The notes beneath the pieces are model-generated. The model worked only from the letters and a program-made list of their open reading frames with translations, was not told where the DNA came from and did not search any database. From Nitrospinaceae bacterium (lineage in GTDB: Bacteria; Nitrospinota; Nitrospinia; Nitrospinales; VA-1), in contig JAJDBA010000047.1 in NCBI GenBank assembly GCA_029261675.1, positions 1 to 48,627 on the forward strand: a stretch of 48,627 bases of DNA, written 5' to 3'. Shown piece by piece: positions 9,497 through 19,013 of this stretch (positions are counted from its first letter, which is position 1; each line of letters begins with the position of its first letter). The translations under genes and the position numbers were made by a program.

Positions 9497-11055
9497 TTCT
9501 GTTTTCTACCTTCCATCAATGAAAATATTAGTTTGAATTTCGCACCGCTATTTATCTCTCCTTCTGCCAAAATATTACCTAAATGACCTAACATTATTTT
9601 TTTGCAAATTGATAGACCCAATCCGCTTCCCAAAGTATTAATGTCCCCGTCAAGTCTTTGAAAAGGATCAAATATTTTTGCTGCAAAAATATTATCAAAA
9701 CCGATTCCGTTATCTTCCACAATAATTTGATAATGATCCCTATTTTTTTTATCTGGATAGATTTTAATAAAAGGAGGAACATCTTTTTTTCTATACTTAA
9801 GGGAATTTGAAATCAAGTTTTCAAATAATTGCTTTATTTGAAATTCATTGCCAAAAATATCTGGAAGATTATTAAATTCTATTTTTCCTTTCGTTTCAGC
9901 TAACTCTAATTCTAGGTTTTTTATGATTTGAGAAACTATTTCATTTAAATTTAATTGTTTATATTCAATTTTATCCTGCCCCAATTTCGAGTATTCCAGT
10001 ATACCTTCTATTAAATTTCTTGCATGATTTGCCGCAAGCTCAATATTATTTAAATATTGCTTAGTAGTTTCAGACAAACTTTCCTCTTCATCCTCAATAA
10101 AGGCGCAATAATTTGTAATCTTGCGGATGGGATTTTTTAAATCATGAGAAGTAATACTTGCAAAACTTGACAGCTCTTTATTTTTAACTTCCAGCTCTAA
10201 AGTGGTTTCTTCAAGTTGTTTGGTTCGCTCTTTTATTTTTAAATTTAAATGATCATTGAAATTTTTTAATTCATCAAGTATTTGCTGATAATTCTTTAAA
10301 GCGAATCCAAATACCGCAATATAGGCAAGTAGCCTCAGAAAATGCCACCACCACCAAGGGCCATCCCATAATTCTGATAACTCAAAAAGAATACCTGCCG
10401 AACCAAATAGCAGACAATGTACAAGCAAAAAATAATCTTCCCATTCCCCTCTCGAACAAACTTCCCTTGCGAGCCAAGCAGATGCAATCAAAAACCCTAT
10501 ACCTCCCAAAATATTCAAAGCTCGAGCGGTAATAGTGAAAGTATCTTGATGGAGCATATCTGGAGCCAGCTCAGGAGAAACTATGAATACTGATGCTGTC
10601 AAAAAAGATATCCCGCCAATGAATGCAAATGCTAATTTAAAATTATTAGGCACCCATTCTTTATTCTCAATCCAAACTAAACCAAGAAATCCCCCTCCAA
10701 GAAATGTGGCCAAACTGTGGAACCATACAAAAGTGTTGCCGACTGGAACACCTGCATGAAAGATATCTAAAATACCCATACTAATAAGTCCGCACCCTAT
10801 CCAGAAGTGATGCTTTCGACCATATTGGGTGTTATTTAATAAAAATAACAAGCCAGCGACAGATATTGCTATGAAGCCCCCCAACGTTTCAATTAAGGCA
10901 TGGAGAGGCTCGTTGCTCCATTTAAATTGTGGGAAAAACAGATAAAATAGAACACTGCCTAGTAAAGGAAGCAATACCCCAAATGATGACGTTTGGGCTA
11001 CCAAAACCCAAAGATTGCTAGTTGGTTTTTTCGTTAAAAGTTTGGTGGACATCAA
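9493..11055 (-). CDS. membrane sensor histidine kinase
   Basis: The 520-aa ORF has about 7 N-terminal TM helices, a coiled coil, an H-box (SFASITSHDLKNPIRKI), an N-box (ENLISNSLKY), a G1 box (DNGIGF) and a G2 box (GSGLGLS). Confidence 0.9.
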   Translation of the reverse strand: MMSTKLLTKKPTSNLWVLVAQTSSFGVLLPLLGSVLFYLFFPQFKWSNEPLHALIETLGGFIAISVAGLLFLLNNTQYGRKHHFWIGCGLISMGILDIFHAGVPVGNTFVWFHSLATFLGGGFLGLVWIENKEWVPNNFKLAFAFIGGISFLTASVFIVSPELAPDMLHQDTFTITARALNILGGIGFLIASAWLAREVCSRGEWEDYFLLVHCLLFGSAGILFELSELWDGPWWWWHFLRLLAYIAVFGFALKNYQQILDELKNFNDHLNLKIKERTKQLEETTLELEVKNKELSSFASITSHDLKNPIRKITNYCAFIEDEEESLSETTKQYLNNIELAANHARNLIEGILEYSKLGQDKIEYKQLNLNEIVSQIIKNLELELAETKGKIEFNNLPDIFGNEFQIKQLFENLISNSLKYRKKDVPPFIKIYPDKKNRDHYQIIVEDNGIGFDNIFAAKIFDPFQRLDGDINTLGSGLGLSICKKIMLGHLGNILAEGEINSGAKFKLIFSLMEGRKQK

Positions 11056-11418
11056 GAAATTAATGGTTTGAATGAATTAGTATTATAAACCCATTTCTTT
11101 TCATTCAAAATTAGATCTGCGAAAAACTTATTATTACTTTCTTAAATTTTTGGACTGCTTGTACTATATTTTTTTAGGGATTACATGGATAAGCAATTGA
11201 TGGGATTAAGATTTTCCAGAAGGTAAGATCATGTGCCAACACGATTATTGTTTTTAAGAGATTTAAAAAGAGGCTCTTTTGACAGGAATTGGCTATCTCC
11301 AGCCTTTTATCACTCTCTTCGTGAATGTCCGCTTTGGGTCGGAAGCAGCTTCTAAAATCCGGCAAGTGGCTAATTAAAGCGTAATGTCTACGCAGGTTTG
11401 AGTGATGTCGCCACCATA

Positions 11419-12534
11419 TCAAACTTTATTCGCCATAATTTCCAAGCCAATAAACTTTATCGATAGATCATCGCCGGGATGTTGACTGTAGGCATCTGTT
11501 TCATCTTCGTATTCATGGAAATCGAAATGCGAAACATCAAACCCCACATGCCTTACATCTTTTATCAAGGTCTCGCAAAAATTTTCTTCGATCTCGACAA
11601 GGGTTTCTTTATACCCATGTATCAGCTTGTCGCCGTATTCTGGATTTCGCGCACGTCTTAATATCTGGCATTCGAGATCGGTATCGAGAATCAATAGTAA
11701 TCCGTCCACCTCCAAGGCCTCTATTGCCCATTGCAGGAATTTTTTTCGGTCACCTCTTTGCAAGTGATGCAAAAACTTGTTGGCGAGAATGCAGCCGCAA
11801 CTCTTCCCGAGGGGCCCGTCAGGAAAATCAATATTTAAAATTTCGATATTGGTTTTCCCAGAAAGTTTTGCGAAATGGGTTAGCCCCATAATGATGAAGG
11901 GTAGATTGTCAGTAAGGATCAATTTCGGATAGTTTTCAGGCCAGTCATGAATCAGACGAAAGCCAGCAAGCCCCGTAGCGACATCCATGATTGAACTTTT
12001 CAAGCCTGGGGGAATCGTCTCCATAGGATTGTCCCACGGAAAATTTTCTGTTTGAAAAAGATAGATGCTGTAGCTCTCACTCAACAATTGGACCATTCGG
12101 GTATCGCTGAACAACAGAGGATTTTCTCTAATTGTTTTCGCCAGCTCTTGAAACAGGATTGAAAACTTTTCATTGATCTGATCTATGGAAGCCGATAGAA
12201 CTATCTCGTTTTTTTTAAGGTTCATATGAATGTGGTCAAGATTCAAATAAACCGCCGGTCGTTCATGTTGCACAAAGATAAGATCGGCAAGGTCAATCAT
12301 GATTTCAGGGTAAATGGTTTGCAACAATAGGTTAAAGGCAGATTGATTTTCTCGGCCCTCATCTGTTTCTGGAAACCCGATATGCTCATTCAAGTAATCA
12401 AAAAAAGCAGTGACCCGCTGGCATAACTCAGGTGACTTGGAATGTTCAAGTCCTGAATATTTTTTTCCGGCATTAGTGAGCAGAGACAACCGGTTTTGAG
12501 ATTTAGTAAATGGAGAAGAGTTCATTATGGCCAA
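11419..12534 (-). CDS. hypothetical protein with a possible class I SAM-methyltransferase-like core
   Basis: In the 371-aa ORF, the middle region IMDVATGLAGF...LTDNLP...ILANKFLHHL...DGLLLILD loosely follows Rossmann methyltransferase motifs I, post-I and IV. Recognition is weak. Confidence 0.5.
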   Translation of the reverse strand: MAIMNSSPFTKSQNRLSLLTNAGKKYSGLEHSKSPELCQRVTAFFDYLNEHIGFPETDEGRENQSAFNLLLQTIYPEIMIDLADLIFVQHERPAVYLNLDHIHMNLKKNEIVLSASIDQINEKFSILFQELAKTIRENPLLFSDTRMVQLLSESYSIYLFQTENFPWDNPMETIPPGLKSSIMDVATGLAGFRLIHDWPENYPKLILTDNLPFIIMGLTHFAKLSGKTNIEILNIDFPDGPLGKSCGCILANKFLHHLQRGDRKKFLQWAIEALEVDGLLLILDTDLECQILRRARNPEYGDKLIHGYKETLVEIEENFCETLIKDVRHVGFDVSHFDFHEYEDETDAYSQHPGDDLSIKFIGLEIMANKV

Positions 12535-12914
12535 TCCCAGCCTGCGCGTCCGAGTAAATAAAATGTGATCAAAAGGCAGGGTAGAAAATAGGGAACAGCA
12601 GGAAAAATATTGTCACCCAATAGCAAATAAATTGCGTTGCCTGACCTTCCCGCAAAAATAACGGTCAGAACTTGAGCCAGAAGTTTTTTCTCCTGCAAAA
12701 GGTAATATGTAAGAAAACCCAGGAGTAAGATATAAGCCAGAAATGAAAGTAAAGCCGACATATCAAAATTAAGTGCCGGGATTAATTTCACCACCACGAC
12801 CAGATAAATCAGGTTCATAATGAGAAACCCATAACCCGCTTGTTTGAACTTTCGCGCGCGACCTGAAGGTTGTGTGGAATCGAGGGGGTTTGAATTTTCA
12901 GAATAATTTTCCAA
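12525..12914 (-). CDS. small integral membrane protein
   Basis: The 129-aa ORF has 3-4 hydrophobic helices and overlaps the downstream gene start by 10 nt, which suggests co-translation. Confidence 0.55.
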   Translation of the reverse strand: MENYSENSNPLDSTQPSGRARKFKQAGYGFLIMNLIYLVVVVKLIPALNFDMSALLSFLAYILLLGFLTYYLLQEKKLLAQVLTVIFAGRSGNAIYLLLGDNIFPAVPYFLPCLLITFYLLGRAGWDWP

Positions 12915-13024
12915 CGGTTTTATTTTCCAGTGAATTGAAGCGGCGGTTGCAGTTAATTTCGGGGTATGTTAGCTTCCATTCCTTATATTAGCATTTAATT
13001 TTTAACCTTCCAATTCATCCGATT

Positions 13025-14224
13025 ATGTTGCCTGTAGAAGAACAGCTGAAAACCCTGCGCCGGGGAACATCTGAAATCATTGATGAAAAAGATCTCGCCA
13101 AATTGTTGGCAAAGGACAAACCCTTGCGCATCAAAGCCGGGTTTGATCCTACGGCACCTGACCTGCATCTGGGGCATACCGTACTCTTACATAAGATGAA
13201 ACAGTTTCAAGATTTGGGACACGAAGTTATTTTCCTCATAGGCGATTTCACAGGGATGATCGGCGATCCTACAGGGCGCTCTGAAACAAGAAAAAACCTC
13301 ACGCCTGAAGAAGTCCAGGAAAATGCCAAAACTTATTTAGAACAAGTATTCAAAATTTTAGATAGCGAAAAAACGACGGTTGCCTACAACAGCGAATGGA
13401 TGGGGAAATTCACATCCGTAAACATGATCGAGCTGGCCGCACACTACACGGTAGCGCGTATGCTGGAGAGAGATGATTTTCAAAAGAGGATGGCAAAGAA
13501 CCTCCCTGTCTCTATCCATGAACTGATGTATCCCCTGATACAGGGGTACGATTCTGTTGCTCTGAAATCCGATGTCGAGTTGGGGGGCACCGATCAGAAA
13601 TTCAATTTGCTGGTAGGTCGTGATCTGCAACGGGCTTATGAGCAGAAACCACAGGTCGTTCTTACTATGCCGCTTTTGGAAGGCACTGATGGCGTGCAAA
13701 AAATGAGTAAGAGCCTAAATAACAGCATTGGAGTTTTTGATCCCCCAAATGAAATGTTTGGCAAAATCATGTCCATCTCCGATGAGTTAATGTGGCGGTA
13801 TTACGAGCTTTTGAGTCAGGTTTCAACAGATGAATTAGACTCCATGCAGGAACAGGCAAAGTCAGGAGCGTTGAACCCCAAAAACGCTAAAATGAAATTG
13901 GCCCGAGAAATTGTCGCCCTCTATCATTCGTCTGAAGCTGCTGAAGCCGCTGCAGGTGAATTTGAAAATGTGTTTAAGAAAAAGAATATACCTGAAGATA
14001 TTCCCGTCGTCGCAGGGTGGGGACAGGAAACGCGTGGCATCTGCACGATACTCAAGGAAAATAAATTGACCGATAGTACCTCGGCAGCCCGCAGACTGAT
14101 TCAGCAAGGATCGGTAACAGTGAACGGAGAAAAAGTCTCAGATGTGAATCAGGAGTTTTCGGGAGATCAGGAATACATGATTAAAGTAGGCAAGAAAAGA
14201 TTTCTCAAAATCGAGCCCGGCTAG
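13025..14224 (+). CDS. tyrS: tyrosine--tRNA ligase
   Basis: The 399-aa ORF has the class I HIGH motif (DLHLGH), KMSKS and a C-terminal S4-like domain ([16 protein letters not shown]). Confidence 0.96.
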   Translation: MLPVEEQLKTLRRGTSEIIDEKDLAKLLAKDKPLRIKAGFDPTAPDLHLGHTVLLHKMKQFQDLGHEVIFLIGDFTGMIGDPTGRSETRKNLTPEEVQENAKTYLEQVFKILDSEKTTVAYNSEWMGKFTSVNMIELAAHYTVARMLERDDFQKRMAKNLPVSIHELMYPLIQGYDSVALKSDVELGGTDQKFNLLVGRDLQRAYEQKPQVVLTMPLLEGTDGVQKMSKSLNNSIGVFDPPNEMFGKIMSISDELMWRYYELLSQVSTDELDSMQEQAKSGALNPKNAKMKLAREIVALYHSSEAAEAAAGEFENVFKKKNIPEDIPVVAGWGQETRGICTILKENKLTDSTSAARRLIQQGSVTVNGEKVSDVNQEFSGDQEYMIKVGKKRFLKIEPG

Positions 14225-15216
14225 CGTTTGCTTCTTATCTTGTTGCCCACGTGCATATCGTAATTATTTTGAACAATGACAGCGGTCGCTGTTCTTTTCT
14301 CCGTTTTTACTATCTTTAATTCTCCCAGCACGTCTGGAAGCAAGGGAGTTTTCTCTTGTTTCTTTTTGTACCAGAAGTCTTTTACGATTTCCGGGATATG
14401 GTAGACCTCAAAAATGTCGCCCGCATGAACACCATCCTCCCACCCTTTATCAATGTATACAATGTCTTCGACCCCGACACCAATTTTATCCAGCTTGGTT
14501 GCAACAATGTAACCTTCAAGAAATTTAGCATTGTTATTAGGGGATAAGGGTTCGACAACTTCCTGATAGGGAGTTAGAAATGCACCTAGATTAATTTCAT
14601 CGTAAGTTATTAACACATTTGCATAAGATGCAGTGTCTCCAACCTCGGTAACTTCAAGCACACCGTGTATCACGATTCGAGAACCCAAAGGTTTACCCGT
14701 AGAAGAAAAAAGCTCATTGTGTGGAAAACCAGCACGTGGTCGTTTGTACTTCCATAGTTCTCTTTTTAAGCCATAAACCGGATGATGAATTGTTCGTTCT
14801 TGAGAGTAAACGGTGAACTTATCGCCCACTTCCAGTCCCTGCCGTCTTCCAATATCGATGAACAGTTTTTCTGGTCCGGTTGCCGCGAGCTTATTGTCGA
14901 AAAATTTTAATACCTTGCCAACTGAAACCATGTTATCTGAAATAAAACCCGCACTCGCATAGGGATCTGTATGCAACTTGCTGCGAGATTCTGCAAGAGC
15001 GATATTGCTGACATGAGCGGAGCTTGAACTCCAAGGTTTTCCAGTTTCGGTATCCGGTTGGTCGAGATTTCCCGTTGCGTGAGGAAGTAAGGTCATTTCA
15101 GTTGTGATTCCCGCAACTTCATTCTCAAGTGAGACCTGCAAATCATTGCCGATAGCGGTTTGAACCCAGGTAAAATTAAATAAAACAAAAATAAGTAATA
15201 GGGTAGTAATACGCAT
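14221..15216 (-). CDS. exported hypothetical protein with two similar (I/L)D.G...G...GD.F.VY segments
   Basis: I chose the ATG at 15216 ([23 protein letters not shown] signal peptide, AAGGAAG about 9 nt upstream); the ORF track extends to 15270. The internal similarity is [18 protein letters not shown] versus [18 protein letters not shown]. Confidence 0.6.
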   Translation of the reverse strand: MRITTLLLIFVLFNFTWVQTAIGNDLQVSLENEVAGITTEMTLLPHATGNLDQPDTETGKPWSSSSAHVSNIALAESRSKLHTDPYASAGFISDNMVSVGKVLKFFDNKLAATGPEKLFIDIGRRQGLEVGDKFTVYSQERTIHHPVYGLKRELWKYKRPRAGFPHNELFSSTGKPLGSRIVIHGVLEVTEVGDTASYANVLITYDEINLGAFLTPYQEVVEPLSPNNNAKFLEGYIVATKLDKIGVGVEDIVYIDKGWEDGVHAGDIFEVYHIPEIVKDFWYKKKQEKTPLLPDVLGELKIVKTEKRTATAVIVQNNYDMHVGNKIRSKR

Positions 15217-15295
15217 AATAGAAGCTTCCTTCTCAACTAAATAATAGGTCGGCATGGAATAACCGTTCACCTACCAAGCCGCTTGGCTAAACCTC

Positions 15296-15313
15296 TTTGT
15301 ATTTGAATACAAA
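15296..15313. promoter_or_regulatory. perfect inverted repeat TTTGTATT-TG-AATACAAA (candidate operator)
   Basis: The two 8-nt arms are exact reverse complements. The repeat lies in the 500-bp divergent intergenic region, about 80 nt upstream of the 15216 start. Confidence 0.25.
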
Positions 15314-15587
15314 CAGTTTACATCATTTAACGGGGTTTTAAAAAAAAATAAACAGTTTTGTAAAAATCCCTCACGCACTATTTTTCTCGTGGTTGGAATT
15401 CCACAAAACCTGTCCAAATTAATCTTGTTAAAACGTATCTCCCAAGCACTATTTTTTCGTAGATTTTGGTGTAACGTAAACCATTCAAAATATCGATAAA
15501 ACAGATTGATTCCAGTAAAAAGCATGTCAATAATTGTCTGGATAAGGGGCGCAAAAACCTATCAACCAAACAGGTTCTTGAATTCAT

Positions 15588-15615
15588 TTGACAACAAATA
15601 TCGTCAACGTATAAT
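15588..15615 (+). promoter_or_regulatory. near-consensus sigma70-type promoter upstream of the NHL-repeat gene
   Basis: TTGACA (15588-15593), a 16-nt spacer, then TATAAT (15610-15615). This implies a leader of about 150 nt before the ATG at 15772. Confidence 0.5.
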
Positions 15616-15771
15616 TATCAACTTCAAACTAATGAAGGTTTTTCTTTGCCAGATAAATTCGATCAATCCCTCGGGTAAGTTCGACCAATCCTGGCATTTT
15701 TTTAATTTAGGAAAGAATTTTAGAATAATAGTTTTTCGATATTTTTGGCTTACAACTGAGGTTTTCTAACT

Positions 15772-17946
15772 ATGTTCAAAAAATATTTATACTTAATGAC
15801 AGGTTTGGTTCTTTTCCTGGGATGTGCTTTCCCAAGAGCCGAGGCCTTGGCTAAGACAGTTTCGGCCACTAAAACAGAAATTTCACTCGTAGATGGCATT
15901 GCCGTGGATAAAAAAGGCAACGTTTATATTGCCATGCGCGATAATAATATTATCAGTCGTATTGACCTTAAAGGGAATATGACCACTTACGTTGGTACTG
16001 GCTCTTCCGGTTTCAGCGGCGATGGTGGCAAGGCTACCGAGGCCAGATTGAATGTGCCTGCCGGACTGGCATTCGACAAAAGCGGGAATTTATATATCGC
16101 TGACCGAAACAATAATCGCATCCGCAAGGTTGACACGCGAGGCACTATCACCACGATCGCGGGAACTGGAACTGCCGGTTTCAGCGGCGATGGCGGCTTG
16201 GCTACGCGGGCACAAATAAGCCTCCCTTCCGGAATAGCTATTGATGGCAAGGGCAACATATTTTTTTCAGATCGATCCAATAACCGGATTCGAGTGATTG
16301 ATTCCAGTGGAAAAATCAGCACCTATGCTGGAAGCGGAAAAGATGGTTTTAAGGGAGATAACGGCCCTGCCCTCAAAGCTTCCATAGACAAGCCATTTGG
16401 GATAGCACTGGATAGAAAGGGAAACCTTTATATAGCTGACCGCAGAAATAACCGAGTCCGCAAGGTCAATACGCAAGGAATCATTACCACCGTGGCAGGT
16501 GATGGTGGCTACTTTATGATGGGTGATAACGGACCTGCTTATAGAGCCAGTGTTGCCGGGCCGACAGGTGTCGTAGTCGATGATCAAGGCACCCTTTATA
16601 TTGCTGACCGGGAAAATAACCGTATCCGTGCAGTGGACTCACAAGGCATGATCTCCACCGTTGTTGGAACCGGGAAACAGGATTACAACGGAGATTCAGA
16701 AGTGGCTCGCGATACAAACCTTCATCTTCCTTTCGGAGTCACATTAGATCCGGATGGCAAGTTACTGGTGATCGACCGCTCGCATTATCGCATTAGAAGC
16801 GTAGACTTGAAACGCGGTACTGTAAAAACCATTGCAGGAAATGGTAGAAAAATGTTCGCCGGAGATGGCGGCCCTGCAACAGGAGCTACACTGAGTTTCC
16901 CACATGGTATCGCAGTAGATAAAGAAGACAATGTGTTGATTTCAGATAAAGGGAATTACCGAATTCGTAAGATTTCCCCAGAGGGCATTATCCACACCAT
17001 TGCTGGCAACGGCATCCGCGGAAATATCGGTGACAATATGCCCGCTATGGAAGCCTCAATTTATGGGGCCACCTCGCTGAAACTGAACAACAAAGGAGAA
17101 ATGTATATTCTCAGCCCAAGCGGATTTGTGAGCCTGATTCGAAAGATTGATGAAAATGGGATCATGAGAAAAACTCTTGATACGGTTACTCCCAGATACC
17201 TTAAATCGATAGCGAATAGTAAGTATAAAGGCAAGGTGCAAACTGGGGAACTGGCTATCATCACTACCTTTTCAGATATCGCTTTCGATCACAAAGGCAA
17301 TATGTTTATCTCTGACCGGCTCAATCACCAGATTCGCAAAATGGACTCAAAAGGCAACATCTCCACCATCGCGGGAACGGGTGAGTCGTCTCATTATGGA
17401 GATGGCAGCCCTGCAAGTGAAGCGGCCTTTCGAGACCCCAGTGCATTAGCCACAGACAAAGAAGGAAATTTGTATATTGGGGATGGCGCCAATAATATGA
17501 TAAGGAAAATTGATACAAAGGGTATCATCTCTACCATCGCAGGCAACGGTAATCACAAAGCCACTGGCGATGGAGGGCCAGCAGTGAAGGCAGGCATTCG
17601 CAATATAGATTACTTGGAAGTCAGCCCAGAGGGGGAAGTTCATATAGTAGGAATGAATTCAAACACTATCCGAAAAATCACTAAGGACGGGAAGATTGTT
17701 ACGGTAGCTGGAACAGGTTATCAGGGTTATTCTGGCGATGGCGGTCCCGCGACCAAGGCCATGCTTAAAAGCCCAGTGGCTATAACATTCGATTCGAAGA
17801 GCAATTTATACATTACCGACATGGGCAATAACCGTATCCGAAAAGTGGATACTAAAGGCATCATTACTACGTTTGCGGGAACGGGTAATTTCGGTTGGGC
17901 TCATGATGGCGAAACAGTTGAGATTATTTTACAGGATTTCCCCTGA
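15772..17946 (+). CDS. exported NHL-repeat beta-propeller protein (about 12 blades)
   Basis: The 724-aa ORF has a signal peptide (LVLFLGCAFPRAEA) followed by a roughly 56-aa unit repeated about 12 times: (I/V)AGTG..G(F/Y)SGDGGPA..A.L..P.G(I/V)A.D..GNLYI(A/S)D..NNRIRK(V/I)D..G.I(T/S)T. Confidence 0.9.
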   Translation: MFKKYLYLMTGLVLFLGCAFPRAEALAKTVSATKTEISLVDGIAVDKKGNVYIAMRDNNIISRIDLKGNMTTYVGTGSSGFSGDGGKATEARLNVPAGLAFDKSGNLYIADRNNNRIRKVDTRGTITTIAGTGTAGFSGDGGLATRAQISLPSGIAIDGKGNIFFSDRSNNRIRVIDSSGKISTYAGSGKDGFKGDNGPALKASIDKPFGIALDRKGNLYIADRRNNRVRKVNTQGIITTVAGDGGYFMMGDNGPAYRASVAGPTGVVVDDQGTLYIADRENNRIRAVDSQGMISTVVGTGKQDYNGDSEVARDTNLHLPFGVTLDPDGKLLVIDRSHYRIRSVDLKRGTVKTIAGNGRKMFAGDGGPATGATLSFPHGIAVDKEDNVLISDKGNYRIRKISPEGIIHTIAGNGIRGNIGDNMPAMEASIYGATSLKLNNKGEMYILSPSGFVSLIRKIDENGIMRKTLDTVTPRYLKSIANSKYKGKVQTGELAIITTFSDIAFDHKGNMFISDRLNHQIRKMDSKGNISTIAGTGESSHYGDGSPASEAAFRDPSALATDKEGNLYIGDGANNMIRKIDTKGIISTIAGNGNHKATGDGGPAVKAGIRNIDYLEVSPEGEVHIVGMNSNTIRKITKDGKIVTVAGTGYQGYSGDGGPATKAMLKSPVAITFDSKSNLYITDMGNNRIRKVDTKGIITTFAGTGNFGWAHDGETVEIILQDFP

Positions 17947-18020
17947 TTGATCTCGTTTTCATGAGGTTTAACAGCAAATCAGGTAGACATTTTAAATTTT
18001 TTATCTGGAGAAATTTCACA

Positions 18021-18524
18021 ATGAATCGTTTTATTCTCACCGGGCTGATTTTTATTTCATCTCTGGTAATCAGCAATAATACTTTTGCGGCAGACACGGA
18101 TGTGTTTGCTGCTATCTTGAAAAAAACTGATAGTCTCGCTTGTACCCAACCCGAAAAACTTCCAAGTCATTATGGTCAAGGTCTGGTCATTATGGAAGAT
18201 GATAAGCGCGCGTTGTTGGCAAATCGGGTAAAAGATTATCGTCAAATGATCGCAGATTTTCGAGATATTAATTGCCGGGTTCAGCGCCAGATTCTCTCAG
18301 GACATGTAGGAAGTAAGGTCGGGTATGTGCTGGCTGACGAAATCAGTAGCATCACCTCCAAATCGAATGATACCGATGAGCGACAGCACAGTGTCTGTAG
18401 TTATAATTTTGTCAAAGAAGGTTCAAATTGGAAAGTAACTCTTGAGCATTGTTCTAGCTTACCCGATTACAGCATTAATCCCGGGGACGATGCCTTATAC
18501 TATTTTCATAATCCAATTTATTGA
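18021..18524 (+). CDS. exported hypothetical protein
   Basis: The start at the ATG at 18021 is preceded by GGAGA and gives a signal peptide (MNRFILTGLIFISSLVISNNTFA). The longer ORF from 17961 adds a basic non-signal extension. No family recognised. Confidence 0.6.
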   Translation: MNRFILTGLIFISSLVISNNTFAADTDVFAAILKKTDSLACTQPEKLPSHYGQGLVIMEDDKRALLANRVKDYRQMIADFRDINCRVQRQILSGHVGSKVGYVLADEISSITSKSNDTDERQHSVCSYNFVKEGSNWKVTLEHCSSLPDYSINPGDDALYYFHNPIY

Positions 18525-18560
18525 TTCCCTCCCTTTTACAGGGTAGGCTATGTCTTGGGG

Positions 18561-18602
18561 AAAGGTTTATGCGGATACACTGTCTACAAACCTTTTCTTT
18601 TT
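18561..18602 (+). terminator. candidate intrinsic terminator between the NHL unit and the Hpt/cytochrome unit
   Basis: AAAGGTTT (18561-18568) pairs with AAACCTTT (18588-18595) and is followed by TCTTTTT. The loop is large (19 nt) and the stem AT-rich, so this is weak. Confidence 0.3.
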
Positions 18603-18652
18603 GAATCTAGCGTCACTCTTGAGAGCGTGATTCGGTAAAATGGGGAATCTCA

Positions 18653-18961
18653 GTGGGAAAAATTATTGCACATGTCGACCCTGATTTACGAGAATTGATT
18701 CCAGGCTACTTGCAAAATCGTCGCAAAGACATCAAAGCCATCGGCGCCGCACTCAAAGATGCAGATTTGTTAAAAATTCGCACCCTCGGTCATTCCATGA
18801 AAGGCTCGGGCGGCGGATATGGATTCATGCCCATCAGTGTGATTGGGGCCGCTATTGAAAAAGCAGCAAAAGAAAAAGCCCCCGACGATATCCAAGCTCA
18901 TCTCGATGAATTACTCAGTTATCTGGACAGCGTTTCCGTTGTATATGATTCGCCCGTCTGA
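18653..18961 (+). CDS. histidine phosphotransfer (Hpt) domain protein
   Basis: The 102-aa ORF has a GTG start and the Hpt signature around the phospho-His (IRTLGHSMKGSGGGYGF), within a four-helix-bundle-sized protein. Confidence 0.75.
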   Translation: MGKIIAHVDPDLRELIPGYLQNRRKDIKAIGAALKDADLLKIRTLGHSMKGSGGGYGFMPISVIGAAIEKAAKEKAPDDIQAHLDELLSYLDSVSVVYDSPV

Positions 18962-19013
18962 TTAGACGACTCAGTTGATTTCTTAACTTCGCTCTTACTC
19001 TTCCAAAAATATT

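Noticed and set aside
11174-11422. 82-aa minus-strand ORF with a TTG start overlapping the stop of the methyltransferase-like gene
   Set aside because: It has a non-ATG start, no recognisable motif, an odd composition rich in His, Arg and Cys, and no Shine-Dalgarno. I keep it as unproven rather than annotate it.
15271-15769. Three small ORFs (15271-15525 minus, 15378-15587 minus, 15506-15769 plus) in the 500-bp intergenic region
   Set aside because: They overlap one another, have an AT-rich codon bias and lack ribosome-binding sites. The region is better explained as divergent promoter and leader DNA containing the consensus promoter at 15588-15615.
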